NCBI GenBank assembly: GCA_963668025.2
Contig: CAXXTH010000018.1
Coordinates: 513,763 to 577,762, forward strand
DNA: 64,000 bases
Source of the DNA: Candidatus Hydrogenedentota bacterium
Lineage (GTDB): Bacteria; Hydrogenedentota; Hydrogenedentia; Hydrogenedentales; SLHB01
Direction of reading: 5' to 3'
Below the pieces are notes generated by a model. It did not search any database. It was not told the DNA's origin and worked only from the letters and a program-made list of their open reading frames with translations. Below are positions 1 to 10,800 of the stretch, one piece after another; positions within the stretch are counted from its first letter, which is position 1, and each line of letters begins with the position of its first letter. Position numbers and translations under genes: made by a program.

Positions 1-233
1 ATCAGTTCAGCGCCATCAGAAGTGGCGTCCACCTCCGCGACGGTGACCACGGTCACGCCCGCGAAATCCGTGGAAGTTTGGCTGTAAAGCTCATTAGTTA
101 GATCGTTGCCATCCAGCGTGCGGAAGGTGCCCCCATTTTCGCTGGAAGCCACAAACACCGCGGGAGCGGCCATACTGGAACCGGCGGCCAAAACCATAAC
201 AAACATTACTATTAGTACCGGCATGTTCCTCAT
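1..233 (-). CDS. Secreted protein, N-terminal part only (runs off the window edge)
   Basis: Not in the ORF track. Manual translation from ATG 233: MRNMPVLIVMFVMVLAAGSSMAAPAVFVASSENGGTFRTLDGNDLTNELYSQ... open to position 1. Signal-peptide-like start; upstream RBS AAGGAG. Confidence 0.7.
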   Translation of the reverse strand, partial: MRNMPVLIVMFVMVLAAGSSMAAPAVFVASSENGGTFRTLDGNDLTNELYSQTSTDFAGVTVVTVAEVDATSDGAEL

Positions 234-334
234 ATCCTCTTCTCCTTTCTGGAACCCCTCGTTCCTCCAACTAATTACACATAACACTCCTCAGCACCAA
301 ACAATTGCATCATCGTTTCACGCGCGCTCTAGAA

Positions 335-1354
335 TTAAGCGCGCGTTGAAACCATGTCCCAAGAAGCGAACGTTTGCCGGACGTTTTCCGGCCTCGCACC
401 CACTCCGAATTCACATTGGGCAATACATCCGCCGTTTTTCCAGAGCTTTTGGTAAATGTCTTTCACCGCACGGTCCACATCATCGAGCGAGCCTTCGGGC
501 AAGATATGCTGGCGGTCGATCTCTCCCCAGAAGGTGATATGCCCGGCGAAAGGAGCCACTGTGTCCAGGCCCATGCAAAAGATTTGCGAGTTAATCGCAT
601 CCAGGCCCAGCTCGATGAGATCGGGGAAAACATCCGCCGTATACCCATCCGAATGCATGAAGATCTTTTTACCCGCCCCATGGGCGATCTGGATATAGTC
701 GCGGTATAACGGCTTGAAGAAGGATTTCCACGTTTCTGGATTGATGAGCAAGCTTTGCTGCGAGCCCCAGTCATCCATGAACATGAGCGCATCCACATCC
801 GTCGCCGCCCAGGCTTCGAGCAATTCACAGTAGAAGGCATGCATTTCGCGCACGAACCGCTCCATGGCTTCTGGCGGAGCCATCAAGTCCATGTATAGAT
901 TCACCGTGCCGCGTAGAAATTGAAGCTGTTCGAAGGGGCGCGGGCAGCAGCCCGCCAGCATAAAACGCTCCGACTGGCCGCAAAACCGGTTGATCTGCTC
1001 CGGGTCGATGGTCAGCCATTCACGTGGGATATGCACCTTGCCGGTGTCTGCATCCCAATCCCCGATAAGCGGTTCTTTCACCTCGCCGATGACGCCGTCT
1101 TGGAGGTTTATAAATTCGCAGCCCCAGTCATCCACGAATTTGCCTATGGCATACGGATCCCCGGAAGTGGCCGGAATCTCCCGGAGGTATCCTGGCACAT
1201 GGATGATGTCATCCGGAAACTCCTGCTGTATCTTTTCTACAGCGGGTCCGTGGTAGCGGGTCGCCCATGGCAGCAGCCATAATTGGCGCGGAGCACGCGC
1301 CGGATTGTTGAATTCAAGAGTCTGCAACACCAATTCACGTGAGGTAGCGCTCAT
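335..1354 (-). CDS. Uroporphyrinogen decarboxylase / MtaA-CmuA methyltransferase family protein
   Basis: Motifs DDWG...GVIGEVKEP, FMDDWGSQQSLLINP, MHSDG, FWGEIDRQHILP. Probable start MSATSRE at 1354 after AAGGA. Confidence 0.85.
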   Translation of the reverse strand: MSATSRELVLQTLEFNNPARAPRQLWLLPWATRYHGPAVEKIQQEFPDDIIHVPGYLREIPATSGDPYAIGKFVDDWGCEFINLQDGVIGEVKEPLIGDWDADTGKVHIPREWLTIDPEQINRFCGQSERFMLAGCCPRPFEQLQFLRGTVNLYMDLMAPPEAMERFVREMHAFYCELLEAWAATDVDALMFMDDWGSQQSLLINPETWKSFFKPLYRDYIQIAHGAGKKIFMHSDGYTADVFPDLIELGLDAINSQIFCMGLDTVAPFAGHITFWGEIDRQHILPEGSLDDVDRAVKDIYQKLWKNGGCIAQCEFGVGARPENVRQTFASWDMVSTRA

Positions 1355-1392
1355 TCCTTGCGTTCCTTCTCGTTCAGCCCACAATCGTGATA

Positions 1393-2541
1393 TCAAGACA
1401 CTCCTGAAGTGCGTGGCGCGCCAGCAAGCCCATTGCACTTCAAAGAACCATTATATTTATCTATCATCTCATTCACTCGAAGCACGCGCTCAATCTCGCC
1501 CGTGGAAGAAAGCTCATCGGATATGCCCAACACCAGCTTCGGTGCAAACAGCTCTAGCAAACGCTCCACGCATGCATCCAGCGTTTCCACGGAATAGGTG
1601 TCGTCGAAATAAACGGCGGGGATGCCATCGAGTAGAAAGAGTTCATCCCCCAAGGCGTCCTTAATCTCTTCCAGTGTGACATCGCCTTGGGGCCAAGGAG
1701 TGATGGCCTCGATGCCATCCAGGCCTGTGTCTTTGGCGTAGGGGAGCAATGGGCGGCAATTGCCATCCCAATGGCTTAACACGAACTTGCCCGCCGCATG
1801 CAGCCGTTCGCACCGGCGCTGGCAGGCAGGTAAATGATATCGTTTGAACAACTCGGGAGAGAGCGTGCCCGAATGGACGTTTTCACCAAAATTGATGACC
1901 TCGATGGGGCAGGCATTGATGACCTCGATGAGCTGCTCATGACTCTGTTCCAGTGCATCAAAAAAGGCCTCGACGGCGTCCGTCCATTCAAATAGGGCCA
2001 TGACGCCCTGTTCAACGCCCATTTTTTCGAGATATAAGCTCTGCACATTCATGCGCGGCATGAACATGGTGGGTGCGCCCAGATCGCCCATTTCCGCCAG
2101 ATGGTGTTCATACACCGCCTGGTCCCACGCCCACTGCGCATGTTCTTCGCGCCATGCCGCCACGCGAAGCTCTTCAACCGTAGAAACTTCCCATTTCACG
2201 TGCCGTGGAAACGGACTCGATGGATACGATTGCAGCACTTCCAACTGGCGGCCCACCGGCGTATCGATGATGTGCTCGACACGCCCATCGCCCACGTCAT
2301 GTAATTGATGAAGCACCCGCGCATCTTCGACGCGCCTGAAGCAGTCCGTGAATTCGTATAATCTTGCGGAACAGCCTAAAGCCCTGTAGAGTTCAAATAA
2401 GGTGAGGCCTGTATAGGGTTCCGGGAGCGGCTGCCCGGCGAAGACTTTATCGGTATGCCAGCACCCAATACGAGGCTGCCAAATGACTTGGCCGCCAGCC
2501 AGCCCACGAAGGACATCGAGATGCATCCGCGCCAGATCCAT
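1393..2541 (-). CDS. URO-D/MtaA-like TIM-barrel protein (divergent)
   Basis: INFGENVH...LSPELF, SHWDG, GLDGIEAITPWPQGDVTL, LDGIP. Start uncertain (2541 or 2550). Confidence 0.7.
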   Translation of the reverse strand: MDLARMHLDVLRGLAGGQVIWQPRIGCWHTDKVFAGQPLPEPYTGLTLFELYRALGCSARLYEFTDCFRRVEDARVLHQLHDVGDGRVEHIIDTPVGRQLEVLQSYPSSPFPRHVKWEVSTVEELRVAAWREEHAQWAWDQAVYEHHLAEMGDLGAPTMFMPRMNVQSLYLEKMGVEQGVMALFEWTDAVEAFFDALEQSHEQLIEVINACPIEVINFGENVHSGTLSPELFKRYHLPACQRRCERLHAAGKFVLSHWDGNCRPLLPYAKDTGLDGIEAITPWPQGDVTLEEIKDALGDELFLLDGIPAVYFDDTYSVETLDACVERLLELFAPKLVLGISDELSSTGEIERVLRVNEMIDKYNGSLKCNGLAGAPRTSGVS

Positions 2542-2629
2542 TTTCACGTGTTTCACAGGCTCCGCATAGGTACAATTACATACTTGGCAATAGAAATTGG
2601 TAGTATGCAGCGAGTTCTCCGTTTTGGTA

Positions 2630-2725
2630 GCAACATGGTAACATGTTAGCAGACAAAACGTCAAGGTATTTTTTAAGTTGACATGTAGCGGCTAACTTGG
2701 TACCATATTTATACCAAGAACACAC
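2630..2725. promoter_or_regulatory. Divergent sigma70-type promoters with candidate GntR operators
   Basis: Plus strand: TTGACA (2678-2683), 17 nt, TACCAT (2701-2706). Minus strand: TTGACG, 18 nt, TACCAT. Imperfect palindrome AACATGGTAACATGTT (2632-2647) and repeated TGGTAnCA. Confidence 0.55.
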
Positions 2726-2756
2726 CGGCTTGTAAGCTAGAGAGGCGCACACATCC

Positions 2757-3869
2757 ATGAAAGAAGATGCCGGCTATGAACTCATCAAGGCGTGGCTGCG
2801 GGAGCAAATTGATGGGGGGAAATATGCCGAAGGGGCATTGCTGCCATCCGAGAATGAGCTTGCGGAACAATTTGGCGTCAACCGCAATCATAGCCGCCGC
2901 GCATTGCGCGAGCTCGCCGTCGAGGGATATGTCACGCGCTCCCAAGGCAGGCGTTCCTGTGTCGCACCATCCAGCAGCCGAGTCCGCCCGCTTCCCCTTT
3001 TCACGTCGGACATCGTTTCCATCGTGTTTCCCGTATTTCAGACGCTATTCTCCCGGACGATAGTCGAAGGATTCATGCGTTATGTGTCTGAACGAGGAAT
3101 TCAATGCATCGCCTACAATATACAGATGGAGCCCGAGGCCGAATTGGCCTTTTTGCGCCAAGCGCCTGATCTCGGCGTGAAAGGGCTGGCGATATGGCTG
3201 CAACATGATACGCCAGAAACCCGCGAAGTGCTGCAAGGATTGCATGAACGCCAATTCCCCGTCGTACTTTTCGATCGGTATCTCGAAGGAATTGATCTCG
3301 ATCATGTAGTGACAAACAATGAAGAATTGGGCTACCGTCTGACCAAAGAACTCATACAAAGAGGGCACAAACGTATCGGCTTCATGACGGACTTGGAGTG
3401 CGTGTCCAGCATTATGAATCGGACAAAAGGGTATAAGCGCGCACTCGAGGAATCGGAACTCGAGTATCGCCAGGAATTCACCGCGCGCGTCGAGCCATTG
3501 AACGATGAAGCCGTCCGCCTCGAAATAAATGCCGTCATGGGATACCGGAATCCGCCCACTGCATTCTTCTGCATCCATGATTACTTGGCGAAAAGCCTTG
3601 CAGACACCTTGCTTCAACTGGATTACCGGATTCCGGAAGATGTGGAAATCGCCGCCGTGGATGACGAGCACTACCCGGAAGAATTGGGAATTCCCATGCT
3701 CACGGCGGCCCAGCCTGGCTACGAGATGGGACGGCAAACGGCTGAAGTCTTGCTGGCCCGCATTGAATCTCCCGGCCGGCCCGTGGAACAGCGCTCGCTT
3801 ATGCCGAGTTTTGATAACGAACTTACAACCTATTCCAGCCAGCGTGTAGTGAAGCATATAACCAATTAG
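2757..3869 (+). CDS. GntR (wHTH) / LacI-type sugar-binding regulator (AraR-like)
   Basis: LPSENELAEQFGVNR...RRAL...EGYVTRSQG; C-terminal periplasmic-binding fold (FPVVLFDR, GHKRIGF, RIPEDVEIAAVDD). Confidence 0.9.
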   Translation: MKEDAGYELIKAWLREQIDGGKYAEGALLPSENELAEQFGVNRNHSRRALRELAVEGYVTRSQGRRSCVAPSSSRVRPLPLFTSDIVSIVFPVFQTLFSRTIVEGFMRYVSERGIQCIAYNIQMEPEAELAFLRQAPDLGVKGLAIWLQHDTPETREVLQGLHERQFPVVLFDRYLEGIDLDHVVTNNEELGYRLTKELIQRGHKRIGFMTDLECVSSIMNRTKGYKRALEESELEYRQEFTARVEPLNDEAVRLEINAVMGYRNPPTAFFCIHDYLAKSLADTLLQLDYRIPEDVEIAAVDDEHYPEELGIPMLTAAQPGYEMGRQTAEVLLARIESPGRPVEQRSLMPSFDNELTTYSSQRVVKHITN

Positions 3870-3910
3870 CTTTCCGCCTTTCGAAAAGCTGAATCGAAAA
3901 GAGGTCTTCC

Positions 3911-6751
3911 ATGTCCAAAAAATACACTATGCATGTCATATCCGGCGGGCACTGGGATCGGGAGTGGCGGCTCACCGCCACGCAGTCCAAATTGCGCTTG
4001 GCCCAGTTGGTGGACAATGTACTGGATATCCTCGAGCGGGAGCCTTCTTATAAATGCTTCTGTTTGGATGGCGGCGCGGTGGTGCTTGAAGACTATTTTT
4101 CGGTCCGCCCTGAAAACCAGGAACGCTTGAAGCGGCTCGTCGAGCAGAAACGCATCGATATCGTGCCGTGGTACACCCTGCCCGAGACCTTCACAGTAGC
4201 GCCCGAGTGCCTTATTCGCAATCTCCTGCTCGGTAAAAAAATGGCGGCGCAGTATGGCGGGGCGATGAAAGCCGGGTATACGGCCACTTCCTACGGCCAG
4301 ACCTCGCAATTGCCACAGATCTATCGCGGATTCGGCATCGAAACGGCCATCTTCTACCGGGGCATGAATAAATTCCAGCTTCCTTCCTTCTTCCAATGGG
4401 AAGGCAAAGACGGCTCGACGCTCTACGTGAAGCGCTGCACGGATGAGTCCACGCGGGCCAATTGGCTGTTCTTCGTGTTTTATCCCGTCGTCATCGGCAA
4501 ACGCGAAATCAATTTCGATTACACATTCAATCCCGCGCATGAGCCGGTGCATATGTGCGACGAAGGACTGTACGAACGGCCGTTTTTGTTGGCAAAAGAA
4601 GATTATTCGTATAGCACCGACCACGATACCCTCGAATTCGCCGTGCAAAACATCATGAAGCAGGCCGTGCCCGACGCCGTGGGGCGCCATCTCACCGGCA
4701 TGCATTTCGATGATAACGGCGAGCCATATGAATTCACGGCCCCGATGCTCGAGGCCCTGAACGCCGTCTCGCCGGATATGGAGATCATCCAGGACCGGTG
4801 GGATGAGTACATGGACACGCTGATCGCCGAGGCGAAAGACCTCTTCGTCCACAAAGGCGAGCTACGGTATCCCGCGGTGATTCACGGGTTCAACGGACTG
4901 CTCGGCGCAACACATTCTTCCCGCGTGAAACTCAAGCTTTTGAATGAACAAGCGGAATCGCTGCTCACCCATCACGCGGAGCCGCTGGCCTCGATGGCCG
5001 CCATGCTGGGCTGGCGCTATCCCGAACTGCTGTTGGCGCAAGCCTGGCAGTCGCTGTTGCAGAATCATGCCCACGACAGCATCTGCGGCGCGGCGGTGGA
5101 CCAAGCCCATGAAGACATGCTGTACCGCTTTTCGCAAGCCCGCTGCGTCGCGGAAGAAGTGGCGGCGGGCGGCTCCGTCGAGTTGTACAAGCACATCGAC
5201 CTTTCGTGCTTCCAGCCCGGCGATTACACCATTACCGTGTTCAATACGCTGAACCAGCCGCGAAAGGCCATCCTGCCGGTATTCATCGACCTGCCCCGCC
5301 AAGTCACGGCAGGCGGCGGAGGCGATCCCTGCACCGGCCTGGGCGGCGGCGCGGCGCAGAACATCCATTATTACGACATCCTGGATGAACAGGGGCGGCA
5401 ATGCACGTTTCACACCTTAAGCAAGGACGATGTCGTGGTGGGCGTCGAACGCGTGCTGGATACGCCGGCCCTGCAAATGCCCGCCAAGCGGCACCGCATC
5501 CTGCTTGAAGTGGATGCGCCGCCCATGGGATATGCATCCTATGCCCTGCGCCCGCGCGGACCGCGCTACATCGAGAAACCAGAAACACGTGGCGACCGCC
5601 CCCTCCTGGCGCGCGAGAATGGCGTTCTCGAAAACCAGTTCATGAAGGTAACGCTCAATCCAAACGGTACATTCGATATCGAGTCGAAAGTGACGGGGCG
5701 GCATTTCAAGAATTTGCACTACTTCACCGACAACGGGGAAGTGGGCAACGCCCATTTCTGCATTCCCCCCCAGCGCGACCGCGTGGTGTCGAGCATCGGC
5801 CTTTCCGCGCATATCCACATGCTCGAGGGCAACGAGCTCCGGGGCGTCATCGAGGTTTCGCTCAAGCTGCCCATTCCGAAGGCCGCTGCGCTCGATCAGG
5901 GAGATCGTCTTTCGGAACTGGTGGAGTTGCCAATCACCTACCGCCTCACGCTGGAAAAAGACTGCAAGTATCTAAAAATCCGCACACGCCTCAACAATCA
6001 AGCACGCGACCACAAGTTGAAAGTGAATTTCCCCACGGGCGTCGCCACGGATGAGGTTTCCGTGGAGAGTGCGTTCGCTGTCGAACAGCGCTGTATCCAA
6101 TACACGGAATCGGGCGATAATTTCGAGAAATTCTTCCCGTACCAGCCGATGCAGAATTTCGTTGACCTGAGCGATGGGGAATCGGGTTTTGCTTTCCTGA
6201 ATAAAGGCATGCGTGAGTATGAGATGAAAGACGACGCCGAACGCACGCTGGCTGTCACGCTGCTCCGGACCCATCGCGCGTACATGACCGCGAACAGCCA
6301 GATGACTCCAGACGAATTCGCCAAATATACCGGCCTCCACAGCATCGGTGAACACGAATACCGGTACGCGCTTTATCCGCACGTTGGCGGCTGGGAACAA
6401 GGCGAAGTGCTGCAGGCCGCCTATGCGCATAAAGCGGAACTGCGTGCGGTGCAAGGCGCGCCCAAGCCGGGCACACTGCCGCCAACGTTGTCCTTCATTG
6501 ACGTGCAGCCCGCGGATGCGCTCATGGTGTCGGCGTTCAAACAATCGGAAGACGGCACAGGATTTATCTTGCGCATATGGAATACAGGCGGCAAGCTGGT
6601 GAACGCCACGCTCCAATTCGCACTGCCGGTGCGCACGGTGGAGCGGGTGATGCTGGATGAATCACCGGGAACGGATTTGCCCCTATGCGATGGGAAAGTC
6701 CGTTTTGACGCCACTCCGCACCAGATCGTGACACTCAAATTGAGTGTTTAA
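3911..6751 (+). CDS. Glycoside hydrolase family 38 (alpha-mannosidase / mannosylglycerate hydrolase-like)
   Basis: HVISGGHWDREW, LDGG, SYGQTSQLPQI, QNHAHDSICG, TLLR, FKQSEDG; 946 aa. Confidence 0.9.
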   Translation: MSKKYTMHVISGGHWDREWRLTATQSKLRLAQLVDNVLDILEREPSYKCFCLDGGAVVLEDYFSVRPENQERLKRLVEQKRIDIVPWYTLPETFTVAPECLIRNLLLGKKMAAQYGGAMKAGYTATSYGQTSQLPQIYRGFGIETAIFYRGMNKFQLPSFFQWEGKDGSTLYVKRCTDESTRANWLFFVFYPVVIGKREINFDYTFNPAHEPVHMCDEGLYERPFLLAKEDYSYSTDHDTLEFAVQNIMKQAVPDAVGRHLTGMHFDDNGEPYEFTAPMLEALNAVSPDMEIIQDRWDEYMDTLIAEAKDLFVHKGELRYPAVIHGFNGLLGATHSSRVKLKLLNEQAESLLTHHAEPLASMAAMLGWRYPELLLAQAWQSLLQNHAHDSICGAAVDQAHEDMLYRFSQARCVAEEVAAGGSVELYKHIDLSCFQPGDYTITVFNTLNQPRKAILPVFIDLPRQVTAGGGGDPCTGLGGGAAQNIHYYDILDEQGRQCTFHTLSKDDVVVGVERVLDTPALQMPAKRHRILLEVDAPPMGYASYALRPRGPRYIEKPETRGDRPLLARENGVLENQFMKVTLNPNGTFDIESKVTGRHFKNLHYFTDNGEVGNAHFCIPPQRDRVVSSIGLSAHIHMLEGNELRGVIEVSLKLPIPKAAALDQGDRLSELVELPITYRLTLEKDCKYLKIRTRLNNQARDHKLKVNFPTGVATDEVSVESAFAVEQRCIQYTESGDNFEKFFPYQPMQNFVDLSDGESGFAFLNKGMREYEMKDDAERTLAVTLLRTHRAYMTANSQMTPDEFAKYTGLHSIGEHEYRYALYPHVGGWEQGEVLQAAYAHKAELRAVQGAPKPGTLPPTLSFIDVQPADALMVSAFKQSEDGTGFILRIWNTGGKLVNATLQFALPVRTVERVMLDESPGTDLPLCDGKVRFDATPHQIVTLKLSV

Positions 6752-6776
6752 GTTTTCATACTATTTGTGCCCGAAC

Positions 6777-6891
6777 GTAGCATGGGCGTCTAGCCCATGA
6801 AGTAGTGGTTATCAGCATATGCCTCATGGGCGAGACGCCGATGAAGCAGTAGTTATCAGCGCACGCCTCATGGGCGAGACGCCCATGCTAC
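6777..6891. repeat. GTAG-type REP cluster (three palindromes, 44-bp tandem unit) between convergent genes
   Basis: GTAGCATGGGCGTCTAGCCCATG ... CATGGGCGAGACGCCGATG ... CATGGGCGAGACGCCCATGCTAC. Related copies at 44507 and 54131. Confidence 0.8.
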
Positions 6892-6899
6892 GAATTAGG

Positions 6900-7850
6900 T
6901 TACGACTCCATATTTGCAGGATATAACGCTGTAATAAAATCGAGCAGGGCTTGGTTCACGGCATCACGCTCATAATCAAAAAACAGATGATGATTGGAGC
7001 GCGAAAACACCTGGCATTCTTTGTGGGAACTGGGCATCGCGTCCACGGCGCTTCGGGCGGCTTCCGGTGAAGCGGCGGCGTCACCTGCAGCCAGCAGCAA
7101 CAAGACGGGGCAATCGATTTTCGCAAGCGTTTCACGCGAACCCGCACGCCGCCCCAGCTCGGTAAGGACACATGCGGCGCGTGTGGGAACCCAAACGTAG
7201 CTCACGATGCTGTTTTTCGCTTCGCGCCGGTTCACCTGCAAAAACAGCTTGCCTTTATATAGCCACCGGATGAATGGCGCGCTGATATCGAGCCAGGTTT
7301 CCGGCGGCAGCACGTAATACCACCGTTTGGTGACGCCGAAATAGGGCGCAGCCAATACCAGTCCATCCACGTGCGATTCCGAAGCAGCCAGTGCCGCCAG
7401 CGCGCCCCCCATGGAATGGCCCGCCAGTACAACGGTTCCGTATCGGGCGCGCAACGCCGCCAGTTCCACACGCACCGCATCCAGAAAGGCATCCGCGGAG
7501 ACCTGTTCGAGGTCGCGCGGGCTTGTGCCGTGGCCCGGCAACAGCATAACGCGCACCCGCCAGCCTTGCTCCGCCAGCAAGCGCGGCGCATCGCCAAAAT
7601 TCTGGCCGCATCCCACGAAGCCATGAATGAAGAGGGCGGCGCATGGCGCATCTTCCGGCCCCAACTCCTGGGGCGCGGCTCCAACAAGCAAACCCGACGC
7701 CGCATCGCGCGCGGCGGCCTGGTCCGCCTTTTCCACCAAATGCTCCGCCATCATGGCGCATCCCGCATACCCGCTCGCGGCCAGGATGCATATCCATGCC
7801 GCATGCTTGAAGAAGCGTAGACGCCGCCCCGGCGCGGCGTTAGTCTCCAT
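6900..7850 (-). CDS. Alpha/beta hydrolase (carboxylesterase/lysophospholipase-like) with N-terminal membrane anchor
   Basis: IHGF, LPGHGT, GHSMGG nucleophile elbow, SNHHLF. Overlaps the end of aas. Confidence 0.85.
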   Translation of the reverse strand: METNAAPGRRLRFFKHAAWICILAASGYAGCAMMAEHLVEKADQAAARDAASGLLVGAAPQELGPEDAPCAALFIHGFVGCGQNFGDAPRLLAEQGWRVRVMLLPGHGTSPRDLEQVSADAFLDAVRVELAALRARYGTVVLAGHSMGGALAALAASESHVDGLVLAAPYFGVTKRWYYVLPPETWLDISAPFIRWLYKGKLFLQVNRREAKNSIVSYVWVPTRAACVLTELGRRAGSRETLAKIDCPVLLLLAAGDAAASPEAARSAVDAMPSSHKECQVFSRSNHHLFFDYERDAVNQALLDFITALYPANMES

Positions 7851-10800
7851 TGATATCCAACATGCGCGCCAAATCTTTAATCGCACGCAGATTCATCTTG
7901 CCTGTGCCGAGAACAGGGATCTCCGCCACCCGGTAGAACGAACTCGAACGCGGCACCCACAACCGGGGCAAATCGCACGTATCAAGCTTGGTGAAAAGCA
8001 CTTCGAGCTGTTCTTCATCAAGCGTATGAATGACCACCAAGTGTTCGCCCTTTATCGCATCGGGCACGCCAGTGACCGCCATCGACATATCGGAGAGGCC
8101 AAGCAACTGGTGCATGGTTTCCTCGATTTTCGCATGAGGCGCCATCTCGCCGCCGATCTTCGAAAAGCGGGACAACCGGTCCGTGATGGTGATGAATCCT
8201 TCCTCATCCACTTTGGCGATATCGCCTGTCCGATACCAGCCATCCTTCATCACTTCCGCCGTTTTCTCGGGGAGGCCCAGGTATCCTTTCATGACATTTG
8301 GCCCGCGCACCAGCAGCATACCTGGTTCGTTCGGAGGAAGGAGCTTGCCCGTATCCGGGTCCACCACGCGCACGCTGACACCCGGGATGGGCTGGCCAAT
8401 GGTTCCGTTTTTTACGCCTACTTGAAAGAAACCGGGCGCGCGGTAATCGGGCAAATTGACCGACACTACCGGGGAGCATTCCGTTGTCCCGTATCCTTCC
8501 AAAGGCTCGATGCCGAATTTAGCACGGAAAGCCTCGCGCAAGCGGGGCGATAGCTTCTCTGCGCCTGTCAAGGCATGGCGGATGCTGCTCAGTTCTTCCG
8601 GCAAACAGCGCCGGACGAAATTTTGCAGGAACGTGGGAGCAGCCACGAGAAAGGTGGCGTGGTATTTATAAATCAATTGCCCCACCGCTTTCGCTTCGAG
8701 TGGTGAAGGATGGTAAACCGCACTCCAGCCGCTGCACATGGTCAGCCATAAACTCACCGTCAGGCCGAAAGAATGAAAGAAAGGTAAAATGCCCACCATG
8801 CATTCATCTTTGTCATGGGGAAATACCTGTAAAATCGATTCAATATTGGAGGACATGTTAAATTGCGTCAGCGGAACTCCCTTGGGTTCGCCTTCACTGC
8901 CGCTCGAGAAAATAATCGCGGCGACATCATCCGGCAAAGGCCGTTTCTTTCTTCCCACGGCCTTTTCAAGCAATCGCACCGGCAGCAGAAAAGCCATGAG
9001 CATGGCGAGCAGCTTATCATTTATCCGAACGGACGCCTTTATATCCTCAAGAAATAGCGTCTCCCCCGGCACTTCGAGCTGCGTCAATTTTTCGAGGACG
9101 CGCTTGGATGTAATGACTTGACGGATGCCACACTGGCGCACTGCGGAAGCAATTGCCGAATTCGCGGCGGTATAGTTCAAGTTTACCGGCACTTTTCCCA
9201 TGAGCTGAAGTGCAATATTGGTGATGACGCCGCCCACCGAAGGTGGAACAAGCACGCCCACCGCGGATTCATCACCCAGCAACACATTCAGTTTCCGGGC
9301 GAAAATAACCGATGCGATAAGCGCCTTGCCATACGACAAGACCGGCGTCGTCGCGTCGGCCATGCAGCGGCGGCTCAAGTGTAGGCGGGCGTTGCGCACA
9401 AAGGCGCGGTGGAGGATAGGCTGGTGGAGTTTTCGCTCCAGCCAAGTGTCCGTGCCAATCTCCCGAATGCGGTTGCGCACTTCGACGGCGGGCGAATCGG
9501 GCGGCATGGCCTCCCCATACGAAACCGAGACCGGAAACGGAATCTGGCGCGGCATTTTCCATAAGACGCGCCCCTCGGAAAAACTGAATAGGCTGCCCCA
9601 CAAGCGGTCGAGGCAAATGGGAATGATCGGGGCGTTCACGCCCTTCATGATCTTCTCGAAACCCTTCTGGAACGGCAGCATTTGGCCGGTGCGCGTGATC
9701 TGCCCCTCGGCGAATACGCATACGACATGGCCTTCTTGGATGGCTTTTCGGGCCGCACGCAGGGCTTCCACTAGATTCTTGGGGCTGTCGTGCGGCGACA
9801 CGGTGATCGCCTCGCCGATGCGCGCCAAGGGGCGCATCCAGGGATGGCTCTCAAGTAATTCCGATGACATGAGGAAGCGGACTTGCCGGTCCGTCGAGGC
9901 GGCGATGAACGGCGCATCAATGTAGCTCATGTGGTTCGCCACGAACAGCGCGCCGCCCTCTTCGGGCACATTCGCCCGGCCCCGGACATGAATGCGATAC
10001 ACTGTATTGAAAATAAGCCAGAAAAGAGAGCGTAAAAAGAAATAGGGATACGCGTAAAACAAATACACTGCAACGGCAATGGTCATCAAGCCGACAAAGA
10101 AGAATACGGCATATGTGCTCAGATGCGCCTTGCCGAACGCCAAACCCAGGCCGCCGCCCAGCAGAATGCCGACATTTGTCGCCACATTAAGCGTTGCGAT
10201 AATCCCGCCACGCATACCTGCGGGCGTGCGGTGCTGGATATATGCCATGACCGGCACATCAAAAAATCCACCGAAGAAGCCCAGGACGCCCAACAGCGCC
10301 ATGGCGGACCGGAAGCCGAATCCGGGCCAGCCTAGCAGGAGGCCAGCCGCCGCCATGCCAAGCAGGCCTATCGGGATCAGCCCCAGTTCGATCTTCCCTC
10401 TCGATATGAATCCTGCTGCGGCGCTTCCGAGCGCTATGCCCGCCAATAACGACACTAGATGCAGCGATACGCCCATCTCCCCCGCCTGCAACGTGTCTTT
10501 CGCATGTGAGATCAACCCCACCTGTAGGATGGCTCCAGACATCCAGAAAAACGTGGCGCCCAGCATCATGAGCCATAACACCCGATTGGAATAGTACATG
10601 CGGAAATGGCGTCCCAATCCCGCCCAAGGATTAAATGGAATACGCTGGGCAGGATTAGCGGCAGGGGTCTTCGTGATAAAAAAGGAAGCAGCGAGGCCCA
10701 TGCCGGACAAGACGATCAACCCGATGGAAAGCATGGCCATCGAGAAGCCTCCTGGAGGAATTTGGGCATATAATGGGCCCGCTAGAAATTGGCCCGCGAT

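Noticed and set aside
6777-6891. CRISPR array
   Set aside because: Only three units, the spacers resemble each other, the outer units are inverted, and there are no cas genes. Fits REP elements.
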